NCBI GenBank assembly: GCA_002269645.1
Contig: NIVC01001298.1
Span: forward strand, 248,001 to 312,000
Reading direction: 5' to 3'
Source: Macrostomum lignano
Lineage: Eukaryota
DNA: 64,000 bases
Shown here piece by piece: positions 21,792 to 34,522 of this stretch. The notes under the pieces are model-generated. The model was not told the DNA's origin. It made no database searches and saw only the letters and a program-made list of their open reading frames with translations. Each line of letters opens with the position of its first letter. Within the stretch, counting starts at the first letter, position 1. The position numbers were made by a program, and so were the translations under genes.

Positions 21792-24532
21792 ATGCCGCAA
21801 ATTTGCAACGTGTGATTTAGAGAAATAAAAAACGACAATAGTACTCTCAACTATAGCTAAGCTATCTATTCATAACAAAAATTTAAATGTAATTCTGCGG
21901 ACTATACAAAACTCTAAAAGCGCGTTACGTCGTCGACTCGTCGCATTGACGAAGTGAAAGGAAAAAATACAAAAAAGTGATGTAGAGAAAAATAAAAGGA
22001 ATCATCTGGTCTAACATTCTAAATTTGGTGCGCAGAGCCCAAACGGGTGGGCATTTTATTTAGTTTAAAGCAATTAGGGGCCTGGGTTTACTGCAGCGCG
22101 TAGGGGGTGGACTGCGCGACTGAGAAAATAGGCGAGATTGAAGAGCCAATCAGAGGCAGCGAGGGAGAGAGATGAGAATAACAAGACTGAACTGGACAGA
22201 CAGGGAGACAAAAGTGCAAATGAACTGAAGAAATGACTAAGAAAGTCACGACACGCACCCCAAAATGATGCGCTGAACTTTGAATTCGATAAAAGTAAGA
22301 ATAATTTAAATTAGACAGCGAATTCCAATAGGTGCACAAAACGATTAGAATAGAAGGTACAACATTACTGTGAATACAAAACTTGTGGCGAAGTAGTGAA
22401 TGCAAAATTGATTGAAAGTTTTAGCAATTTCGATTTTAAAGGAATAAATTGTTATAAACCAATGATAAAACTGAATAAATCTACCCTGCCTTCAAAGTCT
22501 TTCATTTTTAATTGATGACAGCTAGTATAGTATTGGGGAATAAAATCCCGGGATCCCAAGATTTTGATTAGGCCTAAATCCCGGGATTGACCATCGGGAT
22601 CCCGATCACGCTTTGCGATAATTCAATCATTCATTCTCGTGTAGTAGTATCTACAGTACAGTGAGATACTTGTCAGGTGAAAATCATAACCCAGTTGTCC
22701 TACTATATGATTTTGTAGAAGGGCTTATATTTTATTCTAGGAAATTATTATTATTCTAGAAGTTGAATTCCCGCCAAATAACAACTATCGTATAATTTGT
22801 TTTAATGTACCATTTTGTTTTAACGTAGAAATTTTGTTTTAGTAAGGCGAAATAATTTTGTTTTAGTTTGATGTTGTTTTAATGCATGTTACACGAACCA
22901 ATTAGACGAGACGTTGACTACTATAAATATAAGGCCAAAATAGAACGTTTCTTTAACCTCGACCTTTCGGGTTCCTAACTCAGTTAACAGGAAATTAAGA
23001 TTTCTTGGTTCTTCTGAATTAGTTATTTGAAGCAGTATTGCAAGCTAAGTTGCCGTGTTGGATAGAATTAAGAGTGTTTTTGTCAAAGCAGAAATTGTCG
23101 GTCAAGCGTTGTGCCCAGTAAAAGGGTGGAATACCCAGTATAGAGGGTGAAATACCCTGTGTAAAGGTTGGATTACCCAGGAAGGGAGAATTTTCAGGCT
23201 GCTCCAGATAGCGTGATGCAGTTCTAAGTCGTGAGAGACAGTACTTAAAGAAGCCGGAAACCCCTCGGTCTGTGGTAAACGCCGTGTCTGGACTGGATAA
23301 TTGTAGGAATTTAGCAGTAGTCAGCAGTGTCTTGCCACTCGGGCACTGAAGCTACCAAGGGTAATTCGTAGCGACGATAGCCCATAACGTAAAAGTACAT
23401 ATAAGTATAGAAATAGGATCCTTAGAAATAGCAAACTTAGCAGATTTAGTATCGTTCAGTGATTAAACTTTAGAATTAAATAGAGAGAGCCAGAAGGCCT
23501 GCTACAATTTCTTAAGGTCTTTGGGTCAGTGCTTTTGAGGTCTTGTGCGGTCCCTCCCTCTGCGGCAAACTGGAGCCAAGGCTGCTCCAATGACGTCATT
23601 TTCTTGATGATGCTTTCGTGAAACATTCTTATGATTCTTCTGCGCTCCTACAGAGCACACGACACCTCTCGCCAGTTCAGGGGCCGTGAGTTTTCCAGGG
23701 ACGTCGCCAAGATTATTATTTAGAGGTGGGACGGTTTTGAAAAGTAGGCGCCATTCCGTTTTAGGAGGCTGCATTTTTTAGTTGAAGGGCAGCCTATTTT
23801 ATTTGAAGTTCGAGATTTTGTTTCACGAGAAGCCATACCTTATTTGACGAGTGAGGATGGCCCCTCCTGGTGATTGCAGCAGGGCTTTCAGACTTCTAGT
23901 ATCCGTGCCTTAACAATCCGTCAACTATTCCAGCATATCGGAAGTGTCCATTCAACGGCTCAAAGGTCGCCAACCCCAATCCGATAGTTTTGTTTCCGTG
24001 TCTCTGATGCACTGAACACAGTTGGGAAACTGCATGCATAAAAAACGCATGCTACGTGTTGTCTACTGGTCCATTATGGTTAAAATAGAGCCGCAATGCT
24101 GATAGAATGCTGCTGCTGCTGCTCCGATAAAACAATCCTATTTGCTCCTACGCACTGCTGAAGCAAATACCAGTCCTGCCTAAACTGAGTACACATCGGA
24201 GCAGTTTGTAGGATCTCTGTTGAGTAAACGCCCCAAGCAGCAACATTAAGCAAATAGTGAAATCTAAAAGCTGCAGTGAGTTCTGAGAAACTTACAATCC
24301 GAAAGAAAATTAAAAAAATTGCTAATGATTTTCCAACAGTGGGCAGCATCTACTGCATCCCAGAACACGGAAAGCCAATCCGCAGCATCTGCAAACAGAC
24401 CGCTAATGGTCCAGCCCATTAACGACAGGGGTAAAATATGGAAGAAAGCCCCCAAAACTCTCTCAATACTGATAGCTTTGAGTATTGAAGCCAATACGCT
24501 CATATTTTCTCTAATACACAGTAAATGGAAAA

Positions 24533-25268
24533 ATGGTTGCTGCACTGCCGGTAAGTCTGTTAGCCTGGACTTCTGCTGTGGTTTTCGCTGCAGGCTGCAG
24601 CAGACGCTGGTGCCAGTACCGGATGCCGCACTGCCTCAACGAGACCTCGGCGCTGACTCGATGGAGCTCGCAAAGCCTGCAAGCCTGCGTGTTGAAAGCG
24701 AGCAGCGAGCCTGACGACCTGGTGCTTGAGTGGAACAAGCAGACAGGTGTGTGCTCGCTCTTCCACTACCAGCAGGTGTGTCGCACGATGCAGGCAAGCG
24801 GTGCCGTCGCGATCGGAGCTGGAGCTGCAGTGCAGCAGTCGCAGTGCTCGGTGTATCGCGCGTTGTCGTTGGCGAGCTGCGACGCCTCGCTCGACGCTCA
24901 GCTGGTGGGCGTGTGGTTGGCAGGTGGGAGCAGCCGGTTCAGCAACCTGGTGTGCCAGAGCGACAGCGGCGGCGGCAGCCACCGACTGGAGAGCGCGAAC
25001 CTGCAGTGGACTGAGGAGGGCGCCCGCTTCGACGGGACATCGTCGTACGCGCTGCTCGTTCCATGCCTTCTACCTGAACGGGGAATTTATCAGCACTGCT
25101 TCAAGTGGACTGAAACACAGGACTTTGTTCCCGTGCTACATCGTGTCTGTCGGCCGCCGGTTCGGCGAGGGCGGCGCCTTCCTGCAGGGAGTTGTGCGGG
25201 CTGTGGCGATCGCCAACGCCTCGCTGACTGAGCAGCAGATGAGAGACTTCTTCAGCACTGTGCCGTAG
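24533..25268 (+). pseudogene. PAN-like/LamG paralog copy 1: chimeric, with a 284-bp frameshifting internal deletion
   Basis: Junction CTGCTC|GTTCCATG at 25057/25058 removes the segment equivalent to 27720-28003 of copy 2; 5' end resembles copy 3, 3' end resembles copy 2. Confidence 0.85.
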
Positions 25269-25741
25269 ACTTGTAATGACGAATATTCTCCCGCTGTCTA
25301 AAAGACTTTTTGATAATTTTGTATTTACTGTTTTGGTGTCCAAAAGAAACCTTAGAATTGAAAACATAAAAAGGTTTTTAGACTCGATGTATCAGTGGGT
25401 GATCAAGATTCTTAGCTCCCTGATATTCGTCAGATCACTCTATTTACGCTTGTTTTTATTGTGCCCCAGCATCGTGAGCGCAGTGGTATCCGTTTTGTTA
25501 ACCAAGGGCGTTGCGACCTCATTTTCGAGACCTAAGTGTTGTCAAAAGAATTTTGAATATCCGTTTTGCGACTCTACGGACTCTGCGACTGTGTCCGAAA
25601 TTCTCTGACTGTCTGTTTAAAGTAGTAAAACACATATTATTACTTCATCTTGTCCCATAATCAAATTTATTGATTCTTATTTCAGATTTTTCAAGTTTCT
25701 ATCATTCCCTATTTTAAATTTATGCTTGTTTGTGACTTTTG

Positions 25742-27003
25742 AGACAGCCCTATGACACCGGCACAAGAGACAATGACAGCGGCCCTAGAGACAATGACAG
25801 CGGCACTAGAGACAATGACACCGGCACTAGAGACAATGACACCGGCACTAGAGACAATGATACCGGCACTAGAGACAATGACAGCGGCACTAGAGACAAT
25901 GACACCGGCCCTAGAGACAATGACACCGGCCGTAGAGACAATGACACCGGCACTAGAGACAATGACACCGGCCCTAGAGACAATGACACCGGCCGTAGAG
26001 ACAATGACACCGGCCCTAGAGACAGTGACACCGGCCCTAGAGACAGTGACACCGGCCCTAGAGACAATGACACCGGCCCTAGAGACAGTGACACCGGCCC
26101 TAGAGACAGTGACACCGGCCCTAGAGACAATGACACCGGCCCTAGAGACAATGACACCGGCCCTAGAGACAATGTCACCGGCCCTAGAGACAGTGACACC
26201 GGCCCTAGAGACAGTGACACCGGCACAAGAGACAATGACAACGGCCCTAGAGACAATGACACCGGCCCTAGAGACAGTGACACCGGCCCTAGAGACAATA
26301 ACAGCGACCTTAGTAGTGACAATGACACCGGCACAAGAGACAGTGACACCGGCCCTAGAGACAGTGACACCGGCACAAGAGACAATGACAACGGCCCTAG
26401 AGACAATGACACCGGCCCTAGAGACAGTGACACCGGCCCTAGAGACAATAACAGCGACCTTAATAGTGACAATGACACCGGCAATAGAGACAATGACACC
26501 GGCCCTAGAGACAGTGACAACGGCCCTAGAGACAGTGACACCGGCCCTAGAGACAGTGACACCGGCCCTAGAGACAATGACACCGGCCCTAGAGACAGTG
26601 ACACCGGCACAAGAGACAATGACACCGGCACAAGAGACAATGACACCGGCCCTAGAGACAGTGACACCGGCACAAGAGACAATGACACCGGCACAAGAGA
26701 CAATGACACCGGCCCTAGAGACAATGACACCGGCCCAAGAGACAATAACAGCGACCTTAATAATGACAATGACACCGGCCCAAGAGACAATAACAGCGAC
26801 CTTAATAATGACAATGACACCGGCCCAAGAGACAATAACAGCGACCTTAATAATGACAATGACACCGGCCCAAGAGACAATAACAGCGACCTTAATAATG
26901 ACAATGACACCGGCCCAAGAGACAATAACAGCGACCTTAATAATGACAATGACACCGGCCCAAGAGACAATAACAGCGACCTTAATAATGACAATGACAC
27001 CGG
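25742..27003. repeat. 21-bp minisatellite (GACAATGACACCGGCCCTAGA) switching to a 45-bp higher-order unit at its right end
   Basis: Direct tandem repetition; unit lengths are multiples of 3, giving long open frames. Confidence 0.95.
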
Positions 27004-27508
27004 CGCAATGGCCTGGAGCCTATATATAAATCTGAAAGGTAAAGTGCAGCGATTTTTGCTAGCTGATAAGTTATTGATCTCTTGTGTCTGTTTTTCCAAC
27101 CTGATTTGGTTGAAAAGTCTATTTAATTAAAACCCGAAGTTTCAAAAAAGAAGTTAAACATGTCAAATAGCCAACAACTGATAGGCACGCTTTCATACAC
27201 AAAATTGTTTTCTTGCTTGCTTTGAAAAATTATTCGATTTTGACTCGCTTGTCCAGCGCTTTCTGTCATCGAGATTGCGAGTGTAAAAATATCGAACTAA
27301 TAAACTCTGGAAATTGTTTAGAAATCTTCTATATTTCTGCCAGCCACTTTCACTAAAAAGTCTAGCATCACAAAAAACGTACAACACTTTTTTGCATTTT
27401 GATTAGTAATTAATTAATCTATCTGTTCGATGAGAGCGTACATCCAGGACCATCCAGAACGCTTTACTGCAGCTACAAATTGACCTTAAGATACGTTTTA
27501 AACATTGT

Positions 27509-28534
27509 CTACGGCACAGTGCTGAAGAAGTCTCTCATCTGCTGCTCAGTCAGCGAGGCGTTGGCGATGGCCACAGCCCGCACAACTCCCTGCAGGAAGG
27601 CGCCGCCCTCAGCAAACCGGCGGCCAACAGACACGATGTAGCACGGGAACAAAGTCCTGTGTTTCAGTCCGCTTGAAGCAGTGCTGATAAATTCCCCGTT
27701 CAGGTAGAAGGCATGGAATGACTGGCTTGATCCGATGGAGACTCCGATGTCAACCATTGTGCTCGCGTTGGCAGAAATTGCGTTCAAGTTGGAAAACATC
27801 TCGAAATGCCGGTTGGCAGTAGCACTAATCGTGCTGAAGTACATCCTTCCGATCGCATCGTACTCCCACAGGTGAGGTCCGAGTACAGAAAAATCCGAGC
27901 AGGGCACAGCCTCCATGAAGGGCTGAAGCCTCGGCTCCCTCCTGAGCCTCATCAGCCAAGTGAAGCTGGCCGACGGGTCGCTCGAGACGAAGCGGCTGTC
28001 GTTGAGCAGCGCGTACGACGATGTCCCGTCGAATCGGGCGCCCTCCTCAGTCCACTGCAGGTTCGCGCTCTCCAGTCGGTGGCTGCCGCCGCTGCCGCTG
28101 TCGCTCTGGCACACCAGGTTGCTGAACCGGCTGCTCCCACCTGCCAGCCACACGCCCATCAGCTGAGCGTCGAGCGAGGCGTCGCAGCTCGCCAACGACA
28201 ACGCGCGATACACCGAGCACTGCGACTGCTGCACTGCAGCCCCAGCTCCGATCGCGACGGCACCGCTTGCCTGCATCGTGCGACACACCTGCTGGTAGTG
28301 GAAGAGCGAGCACACACCTGTCTGCTTGTTCCACTCAAGCACCAGGTCGTCAGGCTCGCTGCTCGCTTTCAACACGCAGGCTTGCAGGCTTTGCGAGCTC
28401 CATCGAGTCAGCGCCGAGGTCTCGTTGAGGCAGTGCGGCATCCGGTACTGGCACCAGCACCTGCCGCAGCTTGCAGAGGCTCCAATGACTGCACCAAAAG
28501 TCAGAATTACGATCAAGGAAGAGAGCATCATCAT
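27509..28534 (-). CDS. Secreted PAN/Apple-like + LamG (concanavalin A-like) protein, copy 2, 341 aa, single exon
   Basis: Hydrophobic signal peptide; Cys-patterned N-domain (CQYRMPHC...SLQACV...WNKQTGVCSL); LamG-like motifs LMGVWL, ARFDGTSSYA, SFTW, LQGVVRAVAIANASLTEQQM. Confidence 0.8.
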   Translation of the reverse strand: MMMLSSLIVILTFGAVIGASASCGRCWCQYRMPHCLNETSALTRWSSQSLQACVLKASSEPDDLVLEWNKQTGVCSLFHYQQVCRTMQASGAVAIGAGAAVQQSQCSVYRALSLASCDASLDAQLMGVWLAGGSSRFSNLVCQSDSGSGGSHRLESANLQWTEEGARFDGTSSYALLNDSRFVSSDPSASFTWLMRLRREPRLQPFMEAVPCSDFSVLGPHLWEYDAIGRMYFSTISATANRHFEMFSNLNAISANASTMVDIGVSIGSSQSFHAFYLNGEFISTASSGLKHRTLFPCYIVSVGRRFAEGGAFLQGVVRAVAIANASLTEQQMRDFFSTVP

Positions 28535-28570
28535 GGTTTGAGTCTTTGCGATATGCGGGGGAAACGACTT

Positions 28571-28578
28571 CTTTTATA
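28571..28578 (-). promoter_or_regulatory. TATA box (TATAAAAG) upstream of copy 2
   Basis: About 37-44 nt upstream of the ATG at 28534. Confidence 0.5.
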
Positions 28579-29848
28579 GAGTTTTCTGCCATTGTAGATT
28601 TAAAAAAACTTGTGTTCTTCTCGACAATTTTCTACGCTTTTCCAGATCATCTGACAATGTGGGCACCCCACTTCCGTTGGTTGGCTTCTTTTTGCCATCA
28701 AGGCGGCTGCTTTTTCGTTGTTTTTTTGGAGTTCCGTATGCTTGCGCTTGTATTGCTTTAAGCTCTCGTGCAGACAATGGAATCAATGCAGTCAATTGAA
28801 TAAGCTTTTTGTCAGTGATTGTGTGATAAGAAGCCTGTTGCAGTGTTGATGCACAGTTTTTAAACCGGAAGAGTTTCCGTGGCTTCATGGGTGAATCAGA
28901 ATCTATTGTTGTTGCGATGCAATTTTTTGCTTCTGTATAGTCCATGAATTAAAAGATTGTTTCTTTTTAACTTGTATTGTCTTTTCGGTCTTCTGTCTTG
29001 AAGAACTCCAGCCTTGAGTTCGTTAGCAGCGTAGACACTTCATGATTCGATATTACAAGCACGCTTGAGTCCCGATGCGCGCGCGCTGTGTGAAGATGAG
29101 CAACTTAGATTGATTCATTCGACGAGGTTCAAGAACCTCATCGCTCCATCGTGCTCAGAGACTGTTTAGATCTCACATACTCTTTGCCAGCTTACAATCA
29201 CTTAGCTATTCACAACTTTTTTGCACTTACCCTAAAAGATCTACGAGAAAACCAAAACTTTTTTCTGGCTACTGAGAGTAGACCTGTAGAATGTTTTCCT
29301 GACGACGTCATGCAAACTGTGGCCATCGAAAGTTCTCATTACTAAATTGAATTTCTTCTGTACCGCTGCGTAAAATGTTTCAGTCATGGAGCAGGAGACG
29401 ATAATCCTGTATCAATCATTTCAACAAACTGTCTAGGAAATTTCGTGTGCTGCAGTGATTTTTAAACAGTTTCTGCCATGCTTGCAGCTTTTCTAGTCAT
29501 GTAGCACTGCAGGCTAGTGTTCAAAACAGAGTTTAAAAATTGACGTCACCTTTGCACGTGACTGAGACGTCATATCGCTATCCAACACTCGATGGTAAAT
29601 AGCTCGTACTGTGTAAGCATGCGGCAACTTGCGAAGAGATCAATTTACCAAGGTGGATTTCCTCTATTTGCTAAAAGATAAATGTAATGAAAATAAATTC
29701 TAGTTTCTTTGTAAAATCGACAGAGAAGGACTTAGCTGTAAAAAATAACAAGAAAAAATGGAAGCTTATGCCGAAGTAATGTTGTACTTCGCAGGTCAAG
29801 AGCCTGGAGCTTTCAATGACCATATTGTTGACACAGCGTGATCTTACT

Positions 29849-29975
29849 AGTATGTTCCACTCAAGCACATGCAGGTCGTCAGGCTCGCTGCTCGCTTTCA
29901 ACACGCAGGCTTGCAGGCTTTGCGAGCTCCATCGATTCAGCGCCGAGGTCTCGTTCAGTCAGTGCGGCATCCGTG
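29849..29975 (-). pseudogene. Isolated ~125-bp fragment of the shared PAN-like core
   Basis: CAGGTCGTCAGGCTCGCTGCTCGCTTTCAACACGCAGGCTTGCAGGCTTTGCGAGCTCCATCGA is identical to copies 2/4; flanks are unrelated. Confidence 0.8.
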
Positions 29976-30630
29976 CCTTCTTCATTTTGCATCGGTCATC
30001 GGTTAGTTCTTTTCTAATTATTGTCTTCAGTTTTTTAGTCCAAGAAATGGTTACACTTTGCAGATGCTGATATGCAGCCTCGGGGTCTTCTCCCAGCATG
30101 ATATTTAGTGCCTGCCCTAAGAGTACCACTGTACAGAGTCAGCCTCAATCTGGGTAGAAGACTCAGGTTGAGATGGGTCTGGGATAGATCATGACAGGCA
30201 CTCATGACACCCATTCTCTCCCTGCTCACAAGTCTGCAAATAGAATGAGCGAGTTTACAACGCCTCGCGTGAGCGGGTTGGGAGAAAAACAACTTGTTTA
30301 TTATCTGTCTACAACCATGTCTGTAATGTTGAACAGTAACATGGCACTCAAGACAGTATGGCTATTACATAACACACTTTCAATCATAACACTATTATCG
30401 CACATCTACGAAAGTAAGAAAAAATTTACATTTCTCCAAAAATTATTCATGAATAAACAATAGGTTGTTTTAAAAAAAGCACAGCTTCAAGACATATCCT
30501 TGATGCAGGGACCAAAGATTAAATCTTGGTGCGTCCAAGAGGTCACTTAACAATACTAATTTTTTTATCAAATTTCTCAGACATAAAATTAATTGAGTTT
30601 AGATCGACGTCAAGAAAAATAGCTCCAGCA

Positions 30631-31656
30631 TCAGGCGACGAGTCTGAAGAACTGCTGGATCTCCTCGGCACTCATGGACCTGTTGGCGATGGCCACCGCA
30701 CGCACAACTCCGCTTAATAAACGAGAAAGAGAGTCCTCAGGTCTCGGCCTGTGACCGATGTACATCCGACAGCAGCGGTTTGGCATGCTGAACGATTTGT
30801 CAGCTGAGCTGGTCGGCACAAAGGACTCGTTGAAGAACAGCCGAGAAGCCACTCGGGAGCTTCCCAGCACAAAGCCGACATTGATCCAGGCGGAACTCTC
30901 GCTGGGCAGCAGGTTTGTGGCGGAAAAGACGGTGGGCTGCAGACTCCCAACCGGATGAAAATACAGCTGACGGGGCTCGCCAAACTCCCAAAAGTGAGGC
31001 CCCATTCGTGGCAAATCATCAAAGGACGCCGCCTCCATGAAGGGCTGGATCTTCGGCTCCCTCCTGAGCCTCATCAACCACGTGAAGCTGGCCGACGGAT
31101 CGCTCGAGACGAAGCGGCTGTCGTTGAGCAGCGCGTACGACGATGTCCCGTCGAATCGGGCGCCCTCCTCAGTCCACTGCAGGTTCGCGCTCTCCAGTCG
31201 GTGGCTGCCGCCGCCGCCGCTGTCGCTCTGGCACACCAGGTTGCTGAACTGGCTGCTCCCACCTGCCAGCCACACGCCCATCAGCTGAGCGTCGAGCGAG
31301 GCGTCGCAGCTCGCCAACGACAACGCGCGATACACCGAGCACTGCGACTGCTGCACTGCAGCTCCAGCTCCGATCGCGACGGCACCGCTTGCCTGCATCG
31401 TGCGACACACCTGCTGGTAGTGGAAGAGCGAGCACACACCTGTCTGCTTGTTCCACTCAAGCACCAGGTCGTCAGGCTCGCTGCTCGCTTTCAACACGCA
31501 GGCTTGCAGGCTTTGCGCGCTCCATCGAGTCAGCGCCGAGGTCTCGTTGAGGCAGTGCGGCATCCGGTACTGGCACCAGCGTCTGCTGCAGCCTGCAGTC
31601 AGAACCGTAGCTACAGAAGTCCAGGCTAACAGAATTACCGGCAGTGCAGCAACCAT
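30631..31656 (-). CDS. Secreted PAN/Apple-like + LamG protein, copy 3, 341 aa, with divergent C-terminal half
   Basis: Same core as copy 2; C-terminus keeps GPHFWEF, LSGVVRAVAIANRSMSAEEI. Confidence 0.8.
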   Translation of the reverse strand: MVAALPVILLAWTSVATVLTAGCSRRWCQYRMPHCLNETSALTRWSAQSLQACVLKASSEPDDLVLEWNKQTGVCSLFHYQQVCRTMQASGAVAIGAGAAVQQSQCSVYRALSLASCDASLDAQLMGVWLAGGSSQFSNLVCQSDSGGGGSHRLESANLQWTEEGARFDGTSSYALLNDSRFVSSDPSASFTWLMRLRREPKIQPFMEAASFDDLPRMGPHFWEFGEPRQLYFHPVGSLQPTVFSATNLLPSESSAWINVGFVLGSSRVASRLFFNESFVPTSSADKSFSMPNRCCRMYIGHRPRPEDSLSRLLSGVVRAVAIANRSMSAEEIQQFFRLVA

Positions 31657-33530
31657 TTTTCCATTTACTGTGTATTAGAGAAAATACTTGTTTCACGACT
31701 CAAAGCTATCAGTACCGAGAGAGTTTTTCGGCTTTCTTCCATGTTTTATCAGCGGTCTGTTTGCAGACGTTGCGGATTTAGCTCGAGCAATAGTCAGTTT
31801 CTCGGAGTCACTGCAGCTTTTAGCTTTCACTATTTGCTTGATGTTGCTGCTTGGCGCGTTTGCTCAACAGAAGCCAGTTAAGGCAGGACTGGTGTTTGCT
31901 TCTGCAATGTGTAGATAGAATCGACGCCGACGCTACTTTTATCCTATCAGTATCACGTTCCTATTTTACGGATGATGATGGTCCAGTACGGACCTGACAT
32001 ATAGGATATGTTTTATTCATGTAAAGATTCGTACCCTCACTGTTCCATGCAATTTCAATGTTAGCCTTGGATTTTTGCAACTATATCTTAACTCTCAAAC
32101 GAAGTCACTAACGACCGCAGGCTTTCCCTCTGTCTTCAAGACTCGAAGGGCTAATCCAATCCACAACAGAATTCTGCGCAGTCCATCAGACTCAGCAACA
32201 AAACTATCGAATTGGGGTTCGCGTATGAGCTCGTTGGTAGGTTGCCTGCAGAGTCAACAGGTCCAGGAGATGCATCAGTGGAGTCGCCGATGGCACAATA
32301 GACGGACCAGGCCGGCGCGGCGACAGAGTGTCGTTTTGGTGACTCACCTCGCTTGTCGGTCATCTTGAAGCTTCTCGGCATAATCAACAAGCAAATGATC
32401 ACGTGAGCAATAATGACGTTGACAGCGGCAGGTAACGCAAATTCAGAGCACATGCATAAGCGATCGCCTACTAACAGTAGCATGATAAGAATGTGAATCA
32501 AAACTATTAAATAGTGGTTAAAAAAGTTGCGAGTAGCATATGATAATAGAACTTTGAACGAGCTGATGAAAAGGAAAGACCTTGAAACTGATCCAGGACC
32601 TTAAAAGGCTTCTTCTGCACTGAAAAAATGGTGACAGAGAAAATAATATAACTGAAAGCCATTACCCATTACAAAATGGCGTTAACTATATGGTAAAATT
32701 ATTTTAATACTATTTTAAATCTACAAACTACAATAGTTACTTACTAGCAAAATAATTTGCGAAGTTTAAATTTTTTTGAAAAATAAATAAATTTTTGACT
32801 TCATGTTGTTAAAGTTTACTTTTTAGCTGCTATTTTTGGATGGATTAGTGAGAGTTAATAAGAAAATTTACAGTTTTATTATAGTGGACTTGACATCTCA
32901 GCCATTCCCTCCGTATGCCTTGACATCTCAGCAATTCTCCCATTAGCCTTGGCGTATCAGCATTCTTGCATGCCCACAAGCCAGTGTATATTGCAATACT
33001 TACATACTAAATAGAAGAGTATTGCCATAAACTAAAGTCACACAGTATCACAATTTACAGCCTTGGTGTTGAGAGTGAGCTTGGAATCAGCTTTAGAGTC
33101 CTGCTACTCACTGTTGGGTATAGAACAGATTGTCTGTACTAAAGGGCATGCGAATGGTCTAACAAAAAATTAGCTTTCTCTAAAAGAAGAGATTAATTAA
33201 AATACCAATGCAATGTAATCAGACAGAGATGAAGATTAAATTATTACACAGAACCTTCTTGTTCTGCACTTATTGTCAGGTTCTCCAACAAGCAAGTGAA
33301 TTGAAATGATTAAGTTTTACTGGTAAGAGCCGTAGTTTTCGAACCCTTCTCCCGGAATATCTGAACTCACTGTGCGATCACCAGAGAAATTCTTCGTATC
33401 GCCCTCTCACCATGCTCTAAATGAGACAGAAACTTTCATGTCAAAAACAAAAAGTTACTTCTGCATCTTTAGCTACTAATCTTTGAGCGTAAGCTTGACT
33501 AAATGCACGTGGAGCCCATGCACTTTAAGA

Positions 33531-33635
33531 GAGGTTGTAGCCTAGTGGTTATAGAGGGTCGGGGTTCGATTCCCGATCCCCATAGAACAATTTGTGTCCT
33601 TGAGCAATACACTTATCTCCACAGATTGCTTCACA
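33531..33635 (+). mobile_element. Truncated tRNA-derived CORE/V-like SINE
   Basis: GTAGCCTAGTGG, GGTTCGATTCC, then TTTGTGTCCTTGAGCAATACACTTA; same family as the copy at 62459. Confidence 0.7.
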
Positions 33636-34522
33636 GTGATTTGAAAATTACCACACACTAATAGAGCAACATATCTGTTCATCAATTCATCATTTTAATC
33701 TTTTTATCTCAAGCCATCTATTTACACTATCAAGAAATGGTGAAACAAAGAGAAGTTACAGACTTCTTCAAATCAGGAAAATCAGCGTTGGAGTGACTAA
33801 AGCACATGCGGGATGTCCAACAGGCTGTGGACAGTGTCCCGAAGTCAAATCTGCCGCGTCTTCAACGGACTTCTGAAAGGCGTGAGAGCTTGCAGAAGAC
33901 ACTGTGTTAATATTCAAGATCACCATTCATAAGATCACTGGTCCGTGATCTGCAGCGGAAGCATGTGCCTGCTAGGTTGGTCTCACTCCAGAGCAACGCA
34001 CGACTGCATGTGTCAGCGAGGAGAAAGAAGCATCTTATGACAACTTCACACAACTTATTACAATGATTCATGTTCCTGCCGGCCTCTGTAACTCTGTTAA
34101 CATGACTTATTGTTTAAATTCAGCTTTTTTCTCCTACACAAGTCGTGAGAACTTTCAGGTTAAAATCCTGACTTATGTTTAGAAGCTAATTTCTCATTCT
34201 ACTCGCAGGTCACTCTCTGTCACCCACTCTGAATTCGATGTCACTCCTCCAGAAATGTTTATCAATATAGGTAAAGAGACCATTTTGGAATTCAAAGCGG
34301 TTCAAACATCGACTGTTTTTTTATTTATGATTCAAAAACTGTTGTCGCACAAAAAGCGGTTATAAGATGTTATTATCCTGATAAGCCCCTAGTGTTGTAA
34401 TAAAAAAACAGTCAAACCATGTACGAGCTGACTATAAAGACTCAATCCAGTACCAAAGTACTCGTATTAACGAAGCTATTCAAAAGTTGATACAAGCGTA
34501 AAATTTATTCGGACTTAAAAGT

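Noticed and set aside
22888-23915. Possible solo LTR bounded by TGTTACACG...CGTGCCTTAACA with CCAAT/TATA motifs
   Set aside because: No target-site duplication (ATGCA vs ATCCG) and no second copy in the window
27806-28579. Antisense and alternate-frame ORFs over the PAN-LamG copies (also 30955-31629, 34817-35638, 24560-24982)
   Set aside because: Shadow ORFs of GC-rich coding sequence; they recur only because the core is duplicated
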